In this document: positions 25,980-37,890 of the stretch, piece after piece
How the letters are laid out: the number at the start of each line of letters is the position of its first letter
How positions within the stretch are numbered: position 1 is the first letter of the stretch
Assembly: GCA_035084275.1 (NCBI GenBank)
Contig: CM068748.1
Span: 11,160,001 to 11,224,000, forward strand
Reading direction: 5' to 3'
DNA: 64,000 nt
Source: Hydrolagus colliei
Lineage: Eukaryota
Translations under genes and position numbers: made by a program
Notes under the pieces: generated by a model
What the model saw: the letters and a program-made list of their open reading frames with translations, nothing else
Told to the model about the DNA's origin: nothing
Database searches by the model: none

Positions 25980-26215
25980 CTTTGCTTCTCTCCTCCACTC
26001 CCTCCCCCCACCTCCCCCCGTTCTCTCTCTCTCTCTATCTGTATCTCCTCTCCTCTTCTCTCTCTCTCTCTCTCTCCCTGTCTCTCTCTCTCTCCTCCTC
26101 CTCTCTGTCTTCCCTCTCCCCCACCCTCTGGCTCCTTCCCTCTGTCTCTCCCCTCTCCCCCTCTCTCTTGCCTCTTCTCCCCTCTCTCTCTCTATCTGTC
26201 TCTCTCCCCCACCTC
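25980..26215 (+). repeat. CT-rich polypyrimidine / (CT)n tract
   Basis: Near-pure C/T sequence. Confidence 0.85.
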
Positions 26216-26217
26216 AC

Positions 26218-26345
26218 CTCTCCTCACGATGTCTCCATGGCCGGTCTCGGGGCCGGGTCGCTCTCACACACATACACAGCTGACAGTGACGTCACCCGCC
26301 CGCAGCGCGCAAGCGCCAGCACTCCCTGTGGACCAGTGCTGCTCA
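26218..26345 (-). promoter_or_regulatory. CCSER2: Probable CCSER2 promoter and non-coding exon 1 (small CpG island)
   Basis: CpG-dense unique sequence upstream of the first coding exon. CRE palindrome gTGACGTCAc at 26286-26295, GC box CCCGCCC at 26295-26301, NRF1-like GCGCAAGCGC, and a minus-strand donor GAG|GTGAGG after 26218. Confidence 0.6.
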
Positions 26346-26346
26346 C

Positions 26347-26860
26347 AGGGAGGGGGAGAGACAGGGAGGGAGGTGGGGAGGGAAGAGAGATGGAGGGAGG
26401 TGGATGGAGTGGGGGAGAGAGGGAAGAGAGGGGGAGAGATGGAGGGGGGGGGGGAGAGGGAGTGAGGGTAGGGAGGGAGGGAAGAGATGGAGGGAGGGGA
26501 GAGAGGGAGGGAGTGAGAGAGATGGAGGGAGGGAGGGTAGAGAGGGAGGGAAGAGAGGGGGAGAGATTGAGGGAGGGTAGAGAGGGAGGGAGGGAAGAGA
26601 GGGGGAGAGATGGACGGAGGAGAGAGAGGGAGGGAGTGAGACAGGGAGGGGTAGAGAGGGAGGGAGGGCGAGAGAGAGGGAGGGGGTGAGAGAGGGGGGA
26701 GAGGGAGGGTGGGGGAGAGATGGAGGGAGAGGGACAGATGCAGAGAGAGAGAGGGAAGGAAGGGAGGAGAGAGAGGGAGGGGGAGAGATGGAGGGGCGGA
26801 GAGAGGAGGGTGGGGAGACATGGAGGGAGGGAGGGAGGGGTATAGAAACAGGACAGGGAG
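26347..26860 (+). repeat. GA-rich polypurine tract
   Basis: Near-pure G/A sequence with recurring GAGAGATGGAGGGAGG. Confidence 0.85.
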
Positions 26861-27504
26861 CGAGGCATGAGTTCAAATGGTGGGGGGCATTGCTTCTTGT
26901 GTCTCCATATACAGTACTGCCCACTTCACTTTACAGTATATTTCTGTGAAGCAGGTTGAGACGTCTCTAAAAGAGTTATTTGGGGAGGATTGTTTTTCAA
27001 GGCTATGGGGCGAGCGCGGGGGATGGGAACTGATTTGGAAAAACTCTTCGCGAAGAGCCAGTACAGACACGGTTGTCCAAATGGCCTCCTTCTGTATATC
27101 TCTATAAAGCCTTGATACAATGTTCAAGCTTGTTTTCAAAAGTAATTGGTGTTTTTATAAGCTGAAAGGAAAATATTTTCTATTTGTGACTAAGTGAACC
27201 CATCCAAATCTGAAATATATGATATCAAATGCAAGGATTATTATTATTTACAAGACTATCATTATCCCACCCACCCTCTCCAACTTGGATCTCACAGAGT
27301 CTATTGCCAATGCTGTGCTATGGGTTTGCAACATTGTCAGAGCTACCGTCCTTCAGATGAAATGTTCAAATCAAGTTCCTATCTGCCATTTCAGGTTGGA
27401 CATTAAAGATGCCATGGCACGGTTCAGAATTTCTCCTGGTGTCCTGCCAACAGTCCCCCCAAATAAAATTAGATATTCACTTCATGTTTCGGAAACATTG
27501 CTAC

Positions 27505-27920
27505 TCACTGACTTCCACCATCTCCGTAACATTGCCATACTCTGCCACTGCCTCACCCCTCAGGCTGCCAAAACTCTTGTCCACAAATTTGGCACATCAA
27601 GGCTCGACTACGGAAACTCCCTCCTCGTCAGCCTTCCCGGCTCTTCCCTTTATAAGTTGCAGATCATCCAGAACTCCACAGCTCGTGTCCTCTCCTGCAC
27701 TAAGATCTGAGACCACATCACTCCCATCCTCACTTAGTTCCATTGGCTCCCCATCTCCCAGAGAATCGAATTCAAGATCTTCGTCCTCACTTTCAAGGCC
27801 ATTCACCATCTTGCCCCCTCCTATCTCTCCAACCAGCTGACTCCCTATCAACTGGCCAGCCCACTCCGTTCAGTGGGCTCTGGTCTGCTCCATGTCCCCT
27901 GCCCAACCCACTCTACCATC
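27505..27920 (+). mobile_element. L2 LINE ORF2 C-terminal remnant
   Basis: FHHLRNIA...AKTLVH..TSRLDYGNSLL..LQIIQNSTARVL, followed by HITPIL..HWLP..RIEFKI motifs. Confidence 0.88.
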
Positions 27921-27961
27921 AGTGTTTTATTACAATAAAAAAAACTATAGTCACTTTCAAC

Positions 27962-28243
27962 ACCAACAATGTATTTGCGTTGCAACTTTCACATCAGGAG
28001 GAACTCCCAAGGTGCTGGACAGTCAGAAGGGACACAAGGAGGGGATTGGGAGGAAGGATGGAGGGTAGGGCTAAAAGGGTGTCTGAAGGCGTGCTCGAAG
28101 AGGAGAGTCTTGAGACATGCCTTGAAGGAGGTAAGGGAGGGGACAAGCCAAGGGCCTGTGGAATGGAGTTCCAATGGGTGTGGGCAGAGAGGCTGAAGGC
28201 CTGACTTCTTATGCTGGGGCTGGCTGGGTGGGGGACATGGAGC
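27962..28243 (-). mobile_element. L2 LINE 3' end
   Basis: Minus AFSLSAHTHWNSIP and SFKACLKTLLFEHAF; tail ending (TTG)n. Confidence 0.8.
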
Positions 28244-28881
28244 TCAATTTTCCTTTCCTGAGAAATGGACTCTGCTTAGTAATATGAGAATATCCATTTA
28301 CATGTATATGCAGTTTCCACTACCAAGTCTGGTAAATTTTCCAATATGGAAAATACATCTCATTATAGTGGCAGAGAATAGAGGGCTTTTATCTGCATTT
28401 GACCTTGATCTGAAACTACTACTTGAGGCTGACACTGGGTGATAAAAGTGAAACATTTTACACTTCCAATATTGATTTCCCAGATTGTGATGTGCATAGA
28501 ATTTACTGTAAATCTAATTTTACTTAGAGATCTGAACAGGATTAGTAAGCCCAAGTCTAAAGCCTAAATATTCCAGAATAATCAAATCTCGTAAAATCAA
28601 ACCCAGATTTCACTTTAGACTTAAATACTAGAATGGAACTCAGCAAAAGTGATAGAGTATTTGTGAAACCTGGATTGCCCATGAGAAACAATATGTCACT
28701 ACATGCAGGAAATAGTTCTGACCATGGCTGAGATAGATATGATTGATTTGAATTGTCATTTGCAAATCTCTATTATCCAAGGCTTTATGGATGTGATGAG
28801 CAGACACAAAATGACATTATGACATGTGTCTCACCAACAGCAACAAAATGACATTTGTATACACCATTCACATTGGGAGGA

Positions 28882-29240
28882 CAACAACAACAACAAACAA
28901 CAAAATTACATTGATAGAGCGCCTTTCACATCGGGGGGACTTCCCAAGGTGCTGGAGAGTCAACGCTTCAAACCTGAGCTGGGGTCGGGATCGGGGAGGG
29001 TGGGCGGAAAGGAAGGGGACAGGTGTGACCGATGGGACCGTCGAAGAGGAGGGACATCAAGGAGTCTAGGGAGGGGCGAGGCAGAGGGACTGCGGGACGG
29101 AATTCCAGAGGTTGGGGGCAGAGTGGCTGAAGGCTTGCACGCCGATGGTGGGGCAGGCGGGTCGAGGGACACGGAGCACACTGAGTGGAGGGAGTGGGCA
29201 GGTTGGTAGGGGGTTAGGAGGTCACAGAGATAGGGTGAAT
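28882..29240 (-). mobile_element. L2 LINE 3' end
   Basis: Minus CCTTCAGCCACTCTGCCCCCAACCTCTGGAATTCC and tail GATGTGAAAGGCGCTCTATCAATGTAA(TTG)n. Confidence 0.8.
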
Positions 29241-30980
29241 CTCATGTAAGAAGACGAGAGGACAAACCCAAACAATGTGGAGAATGGTTTTGTAACATTA
29301 TTATTACATAAGGTTTTCAAAACCTAACAGAAGCGGGTGACCTTCATTGAATTGGACATAGTATTGATGTGACCAAAGAATGGGAAACATAAGTAATAGA
29401 ATAGGTTGTGTCATTATAGGATGCAGGTAGCCACAGAGAAACAACATACAATTGGGAATATTTTTATGAATGCACAACCATTTTGAAGTTGAAAATAACA
29501 TATTCTGTTTTACATATATCCCTTTATAAGTTTTAAATAATTGATAGACATCAGTTCAAGCACTCAGAATGTTTTTTGATATAAATAAGTAATGTATTTT
29601 GATAACACCTCATTTTTTATATAAATAACACATGTCAAATAATATGAGTATGCTTTGTTACTTGCATTAAAGTAATCAATAATTTTTATCCTAGAACTTA
29701 TGGCCAGTATAAAATCCATCTGGGGTTATTCATTTTTCCATCCCACATCCTTCCTACAGTCTTAAGAAGAAACATAATACCTTCCCCCTAATATCTTTGT
29801 TTAGCTCGGAAGACGGTTTTTACCATCATTCATTCTTCAGAAATACTGTATGAATTAATGATAAGTATGGTGACCACATGCTTGCAAAGCACATTATATC
29901 TATAATAATCCTTGGATTTGATAAAGAGCCTTTCATGTCAGGAAGATGTCTCAAAGCACATCACAAGATTTACTGTAAAGTTTGTGGTTTGTAGGTGAAT
30001 GTCAGTCTGATTTATAAATGTTCATTCTAACCAATTGGGAAGTTGGTTCCTGGGGCAATCTTGTACAAAATGCTCAATAACAATACATATTTAGTATAGA
30101 CAAAATATTTGATATTACAGTACTTTCAAAAAAATTCCCTTTGCTGCTCATATGATTACTTTACAGTGTTAAAGATGAAACCTTGAATGCCACTGGACAC
30201 TAAATAACTACCCTACTGATGACTTGTAGTAGAGGGCGGATGAAAGCCTAAGATACACTATAATTAGAAAGGTAAGTATCTGGAAATAACACTGTCAAAT
30301 TATATCAATATTAAGAGAGAGAATAATTAATATTTAGAATGATTGTACATTAGAAATCTGACTGAAGGTTCCATATGATTTAATAAAGTAAAGGAAGAAA
30401 GAAATCTGTCTATTACTTTTATCTGAGGTTAGATTAGATCTTTAAAATCATTCCTTTATTATCAGGCATTTGAAAATAATGAGTAAGGGCTTTATATATT
30501 ATGCATTTTTTTTACTAGCAACTATTGGTGTTGGAATATCATTTTTTTAAAAGATATTCTCAGTCGAGAATTACAATTTTTTTCTCTCCCTTTACCCCTC
30601 TTTTCCTGAGGGTGGTAAATTGTGATGGGATACAATTCTGCAGGTGACAGCAACCATCTTGTATCTTGCCCAATTGGCTATTTTTCTCCCCAGTTTCCAC
30701 ATGTGTATTTTCTAAGCGGTATTTGTACGTGTGTATGTGGGGAGAGATCATTGGATAATGATCAGGACCGAGAGCCAAGCCTTGACCAAATTTTTTCTTC
30801 TCTTAAACTCTAAAGCAGGGATACAAAGGCTCATTTTGACACACCTCACTGCTGCTCTGTCTATGATCTGTGGAATTGGCACGCATAAGGATTGTTACAT
30901 TTTGGGGCTTGATATTTTTGTTGAAGAAGTTGTAAACTAAACAGTAATTATTTGCAGTTTGGATTATTACAATATTAGTT

Positions 30981-31608
30981 ATTCAATGTGAATAATGGGT
31001 GGTGATGCATTTTGGGAGGAAGAATGAGGAGAGGCAATATAAGCTAGATAGTATAATCTTAAGTGGGGAGTTGAAGGAACAAAAAGATCTAGGGGTTCAT
31101 GTAAGTAAATCTTTGAAGGTGGCAGGACAGGTAAATAAGGCTGTTAAAAAAGTATACAGGATACTAGGCTTTATAATTGGGGCATAGAATACAAAAGTCA
31201 GAAAGTTATGATTAACCTGTTTAAAACACTGCTAGAATATTGTGTTCAGTTCTGAGTACCACACTTTAGGAAGGATGTTAAGGCATTGGAAAGGGTGCAG
31301 AGGAGATTTTGGTTATGAGCAAAGACTAGAGAGGCTAGGATTATTCTCATTGGAGCAGAGAAGGTTACGAGGAGACTTAATAGAAGTTTTCAAAATGATG
31401 AGGGGATTCGATAGGATAAACTGGGAAAAACGTTTGGGTGGTGGAGGCAGATTCAATAACTTTTAAAAGAGAGATGGATGGTTATTTTGCGGGGTTATGG
31501 GAAGAAAGACGTGTAGTGGGGATTGACTTTGAATAGCTCTTTTCGAAAAGCTGGCACAGACACAATGGGCCGAATGGCCTCCTATTGTGCTGTAAAATTC
31601 TATGATTC
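30981..31608 (+). mobile_element. CR1 LINE 3' remnant (shark HER1-like), internally deleted and frameshifted
   Basis: Translations VMHFGRKN, KDLGVHVSKSLKVAGQVNKAVKK and LGLFSLEQRRLRGDLIEVFKMMRG are CR1 ORF2 C-terminal motifs. 3' end GGGCCGAATGGCCTCCT..TGTGCTGTAAAATTCTATGATTC. Confidence 0.9.
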
Positions 31609-33972
31609 AAGAGGCACAGTTTTAAAAAATTGTTTGAAATCACAACTTAATGAAGGCAAGGCCCCTCCTCAAATTTCAGTTCCAGTTGACACTTGAAATG
31701 AAAATTCACTTTACTGGCATTTTCAATTGATAAATGATTTTCAATTTTTTTAATAACTCAGTTTCATGTACTACTGTTTAATGCATTTCTGAATCGATCA
31801 AACTATATGACTCAATCTGAGATAATGGTTCTGTTTTTGCCTGAGAGAGCAGTGCTGGCATCTGTTGGCTATTAAATAGTATAGCAACAAATATACCTGA
31901 GCTTTCAGACAGGAACATACTCACATGATGTCTGATAGTGTCATATGACTGAGTCAGCCGATCAGCAAACTACTCGAGCTGCTACGTGTTTCAGGCCTAT
32001 TCCTTGGTGGATCTTACTGTACCATATAGAGAAACACAACACTGTAGGTTGGGTGTACATCAGGGAAGTTCACATTATTAATGATTGATTTACCTAAACC
32101 ACAACATAAAACTATGAATATTTATTACAAACATAAAACATTTAACTCTATGTGAAACTGTTGTGTTTTCGCACTCGATTCACTTCAGGAAATACTGTAT
32201 GACTGAAATATCATTCTTGGTGGGGCAGGACTGTGATAAGCTTTCATAATGCTTCTTGTCAAATCATCAAAAATATAAGTACATGAAAAGTGTTAAGTGC
32301 CCTTAAGAGTACTCCCTTCCCAGTCAGTTCAGCTTAAACCAGCTGACAATTTCCAAACCAACCACTGATACTCTTCATGCTCATGTGTGCGATGTCCTAC
32401 CAAAAACCGCGTACATATACTGTGTGCTGTTAACCTGTCCGCACTCCCAATAAAGACGGGGAGGGAGGGTACAAGACCCCACTCATAACTGTGCCCCATA
32501 AAGGACGTCAGAACCCCAAAGGCAGGGAAGCCATCGGCCTTCCGCTAAAGTGGAGTGTGTTGATACAGCTCCCTAACTCCCTCTCCCCCGGTCACAAAGG
32601 TCTAGGTCTGTTGCATCCTATAAGAGGATAATAATAAAGTGTTGCGTTTCTTCTTTCTGTCACACAATTTGATTATTTTTTAGATAAATGTAAATATATA
32701 TCTACTAATGAATATATATTTTATTTTTAAATTGTGGGGTGTGGGAAGGAGTCAGAGAAATAGTTGGTGTCAGCTACTTTACAATATACAGGGAACTCCA
32801 AAGACCTCCTGAGAAAATGACTGAAATATGAAAGAAAGGCAGAGGGTTTTGGTTGTACTTGGCCATTTAGCGGGGCATAGCAAATCAATTTTCCCATTAA
32901 GATTCCAATCTTAGAAGCCATGTGACTCTAGTAAGGCACTAGAGTCAACACACTTCCCACATACAGTGTGATAAAATCAGAGGAATATTTTTGCCTCCAA
33001 TTTTTTTTGGTACCACTCCCAGAGGTAGGTTGTAAAGCAGATCAACAGAAGCCTGAAATAATGGCAACTGCTTGATCACTTGGCTGTACAATCTGCAGGG
33101 CCTATCAAGAACAGAATAAGAAAGAAAATGAGAGGAGAAAACACAAGAAAACTAATGGTCTCATTTTAATCTTTTGTTGTCAAGTCAATGTTTCTCATAG
33201 TGCCTTAAATAATTAAATAATATATTTAATTGTCTAAGTGTTTGTTACTATATCAATCCATATGTATTAGAAAAACATATCTACCTACTTCTGCGTTAAT
33301 TGCACTCAGGATTTGATTTCAATATCCGTCACTGGGAATAAATTTCCTATTGAAACATAGCTTTCAGAAATGTGAATGCAATTCGGCAATAATCAACCAC
33401 CAAACATCATCAATCACCTTTTCCCCCTCATTTAGGCGGATGTTCCATTAAACATGAGTGGACATTATTGAATCCTGTGGAAGTGAGCTATCGGATACTG
33501 CATAGATAAAAAAAAAATTAAGATGCTCTTACACCCGAAAGAGCAGCTAATGGACAGGGTAAATGTTGTTATGATTCAAATCTCAGAAATAAAGCAGGGA
33601 AAACTGCCAAGGAATCCATTAATAAGTGCAAAGTTGAAACATATGAGGCTTTAAAATATTATGGGTGGCGTGTTCTATTTTTCAATGATGGTTCAAAAAC
33701 CAGATTTTCAGGAAGATATATGTCTTCTCAGCAGTAGTAAGGCCAGACGTGTGCGTTACTTTAAATAGAATGACATTCAATTATTGTTAGTCCTGAAAGA
33801 GCCTGGCAGTTTACAGAGCTTTTGCTTTTAGAGTCTGTACATGTCATGGCAAGAGACAAAATTGTTGCATTTGCAAAAAGCCTGCGAAATTGGTGACATA
33901 GGTGCATCCAGCATTCTCCGAATGTTAAGGATATAAAAAAAATCACTTTACAGGGATTAGTAAGTTATTATA

Positions 33973-34322
33973 TAATAATAATATATAATAATAATCCTTG
34001 CATTTGGTATAGCGCTTTCCACATCTTATCAACGTCCCAAAGCGTTTCACAGAATATACTGTAAAGTGAATTGACTGTATATATTTGTGGGCGAATCGCG
34101 GCAGCCAAATTGCGCACAGCAGTATCCCACAGACAATCATGGATTGAAATGACCAATTTTATTATTGTGGTTTTTTTGGAGGGGTTATTATTAGGTGTGT
34201 GGAGTAAGGAAACTTGCCCAAGGTTTCACCCTGACCTGCCTGGATTCGAACACAGGTTTCCCCAGCTTGGTCTCCCCAGCTTGCAAGACAAGTGCTCTAA
34301 CCACTGAGCCACAGGAGCTCCA
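33973..34322 (-). mobile_element. Full-length tRNA-derived SINE (family A), L2-type 3' tail
   Basis: Minus strand: A box TGGCTCAGTGG, B box GTTCGAATCC, Deu-like segment GTGGGATACTGCTGTGCGCAATTTGGCTGCCGC, tail CAAATGCAAGGATTATTATT. Confidence 0.88.
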
Positions 34323-36822
34323 TTTTATAGTTTAAAATATCTAATACTGGGGATTCTTGACAGGACAACTGCCAGATAGAGGTCTTTACTGTGTCTTCAA
34401 TCCCCACATCCTTTTGGCTCTTGTACAGTCCAGCGATTTAGGGATAATGATGTATTTCTGACGAGATACCATGTGATGGAAAATAAATACATTAAATTAC
34501 ATATTGACTGTAGATAATATATAATAGTATAATATAGTAATGTAATAGGAAAATGGTCATGTATGAGACAAACGAGGAATGGTAAGTAAGTAACTAACTG
34601 GATCCTGACATTCAGTAAGTATTTGCGAAAAGTCTTTGTTTGTCAATAACTTTGAAATGTTTCCTGTGTGTTTTCTCACACACTAAATAAAAGTGCCACC
34701 CAAAAGCTATGGAAGTATAGCAATTGTACTGCCAATTTGCTAAATCAGAGATTGTCTTTTACATCACAACTGTGCTTATCAATCTTTGAAATAACACCCT
34801 TGAGACATGGTTTTAATGGAATTATTTCTATTCCGTAAATGGGCTCAGCAGAATATGCTCACTGTGTAAACTAACAGCTGTCTTCTCCTCACTCATCCAC
34901 TAATGGGAAAACATGCCCAAAGCAATGAGCATTTCCTGAGCAACTACATTCCCACCAATGAAAGGTATATGGATCCTGTAGTCATCATGACAAGATTAGA
35001 TACAATCATCTAATTTCAGAATTGTAAACAGTGCTTCATTTACGATCTGTGCTTTGCTCGTTCATCTAGTTTCCGGTTAATGTAAAGCTGTTATTAACAA
35101 AGCTAATCAAAATCTAAGGTAATTCACAAAGGCATTTGGCTGCTGGAATAAGTCATTAGTCTCCACCTTTGTAGATAACAATCAAAGCCACAATTAGAAT
35201 ACTATGTATAATTTGGGGCATCACACCTCCTCAACAATAATCCTTGCATTTATTATAGCACCATATCACATCAACACAATCACAAAAGACTTCACATAGC
35301 AGATATTGTTCAATATTGTTAAATATAGTGATGGTGTCCCACAAACAGCCAGGAGGTGATTGACGCTCCTCTTTTCAAGATGTGTCAATAGTTATTTAAA
35401 GTCCTGAACCTGAACATGCAGATGGGACCTCAGTTTAATCTTTCATCCAAAGGACAGAATCTCCAACAATGCACAGATTTGGCCAACCAAATGTGGAGTT
35501 GTATTATGTAGTTTAGAGGTAGGTCAGTATTCTTAAAGCACTACAAAAAGTGAGAAATATAAATTGTAAACTGATTAAAATGAAAATAAATGGTCATAAT
35601 TTTTTCACATTGAGACAAGCAAAAAGATGGTATTTCTTCACAAAAAGAATGACTGCACTGAAAATATGTGAAGCTTGACAGGACTATTGCAAACATTTCA
35701 ACAAATGTGCTGTCTAATACTGGAGGAACCCTAGGGAAGCGTATTAAAGAATAAAAACATCAATCTGTGTTCTTTTACAACTACCCCATTGTGCCTGAAA
35801 AGCAGATGTGGTGATCTATCACCCTAACTAAACCCACTGCCACTTGGTTAACAGTTAGAAATAGGACACTGGACTGGATGACATATGCTCTTTCGGGATC
35901 TGAAATATGACAGCTAGTTTCACCTTCTGTCCTTCTGCCACCTTCTTTGCTGATTCCCAGGATAGTTTCCCTCCAATTCAATTTTAAATCAGTCTAATTT
36001 CCTGTCCAAGGTTAAAAACTAAACTGCTTGCATTGTCATGTGAATTCTCTATAGACTATTTTTTTAAGACTCCATACAGAAAATGAAAATTAACACCATC
36101 ATAGGAGGAAAACTCCTCTTGTTTTCCCTGACATTACTCTGTCTGTCCTCTGGGACGTCCTCCCATTGTGAAAGACGCTCTATAAATGTAATTTGTTGTA
36201 TTTTGTTGTTGTTGTCTATAAGAAACAAGGCTTTTGTTCAGTTCTAAGTTGCAGCCTAGCTCTTTATGTATTTTGTATTCTTAAGATCAGTTCAAATCAG
36301 TTAAATTTGGAGAAATAATTGGATGTGGTATTCAATTCAATACAGCCTTGTATGTACTGTATGTTGTAATATTGATCATTTGCATTTATATAGTGCATTT
36401 CACATAAAATAAATACATTGAAGTGTACAAATTAAAAGGGAGGCTAATCTCTGTGAGCTGCTTCCTACAAGCAACAAATAAATGAATAGCTAATAACATT
36501 TAATTTGGGGATTACTTTAAATAAGGTGGGAATATCATCGAGGTTACCCACGAGAAAGACGTTATGTTTCTTTGAAATAGCAATGGCATTGTAGTCCCTT
36601 TACAGTCATCTGAAGCATAATACAGATAGATGGAACCTAACTTAATAACACAATACAAAAATGGGATCATGTCCTGGAAGTAAATAATAAACTTGTATTG
36701 AGCATAGACTGTTGTTTTATAGGCCTAAATGTTATCTTGAAAAGTATCTATAGACTGTTGTTTGTTGCTTTACAGTAATTCACAAAGAAGTTTTTGTCAC
36801 CAAGATCCAAATTCACAGCTGC

Positions 36823-37093
36823 AATAATAATAATAAGTCTTGCATTTAAGGCAGCTCTTTTCACGTCTTCTGGATATCTCAAAGCGCTTCACCGAGTAAA
36901 GCGAAGTGACTGTGGGGGAAACACGGCAGCCAATTGCGCATAGCCGTGTCCCACAAACAATCGTGGATTGAGATGACCAATTTATTATTATTGTTTTTTG
37001 AGGGATTGATATAAAGCATGTGAAGTAAGGAAACTTGCCTAAGGTTTCGCCCTGCTTGTAAGGCGAGTGCTCTAACCACTGAGCTACAGGACT
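36823..37093 (-). mobile_element. tRNA-derived SINE (family A), B-box region deleted
   Basis: Minus GTAGCTCAGTGGTTAGAGCACTCGCCTTACAAGC head; body and tail as in the 33973 copy. Confidence 0.82.
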
Positions 37094-37529
37094 ACGAAAA
37101 TTCACTTTCCCCAGAAATAGTGGGTAGCATTAGTGTGCAAACAGTGACTGTTCCTGCGTAGACATAGCAGTCGTGATTTGTTACATTGAAATACCATTGA
37201 CCGTGTACATTATCAAAGTGGACTAAATTTGCCAGCTCACAGACTATTATGTGCTAATTGTTGAAGTCCAATGGTGCCAACCTCTAGAGTGATTGCAAGC
37301 TGAAGTAGATAACAAGCCAAGAGTGCAGCATGTTGTATGCAGACAATCTGCTTGGATGCTTGTGCTTTCTTAGAGAACAATTTTTAAAAAATCTTTGCAT
37401 TTGGGCATAGTTGTGTGGTTCAGTAATCCACCTCTTGTGCCCACTGCACACAAGACAAATTTTAAATTCCTTGTGTTGATGCTGATTGGAATGGAAAAGT
37501 AACCACCTGGAACAAGCTCCACTATCTCT

Positions 37530-37890
37530 CCTCTCAGATCCTACCTTTCACAATGTCGCAACTTTTTCTCCACAAACGGCTTCTCCTCCAGCCCCCACAC
37601 CGTCCTGTGCAGTATTACTCAGGGTTCTGTCCTTCTCTTAACTTCACTGTGTACCTGTTCCCTCTTGGTGGCATCATCCACAGACATATGGTGTACTTCC
37701 ACATGTATGCAGGAGATACACAGCTCTGTCTCTCTCTGCCTCCACCCTCAACTCCAGGGCCACTACTGTCTTCACAGAATGTTGAACACAGCCGTATCAA
37801 GTCTTGAATGAGAGCTAACTTTCTCAAGTTACACGTCAACAAGACCGAAGCCTTCCTGATTGGCTCCCATCAGTGCCTCCACACCTCCAG
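37530..37890 (+). mobile_element. L2 LINE RT-region remnant
   Basis: YFHMYAGDTQL (degenerate YADDTQL), IKS*MRANFLKLHVNKTEAFLIG. Confidence 0.78.

Noticed and set aside
24446-26949. Many long Pro/Ser/Leu- or Gly/Arg/Glu-rich ORFs on both strands
   Set aside because: Stop-free by-products of C-rich and G-rich tandem repeats; open in several frames at once, with no domain signal.
27219-27840. 163-aa and 143-aa ORFs
   Set aside because: Chimeric read-through of SINE and decayed L2 ORF2 sequence; not a host gene.
34240-34322. tRNA-like sequences with A and B boxes (also at 49795, 37040, 20563)
   Set aside because: They continue into SINE bodies and tails and lack a complete cloverleaf, so they are SINE heads, not tRNA genes.
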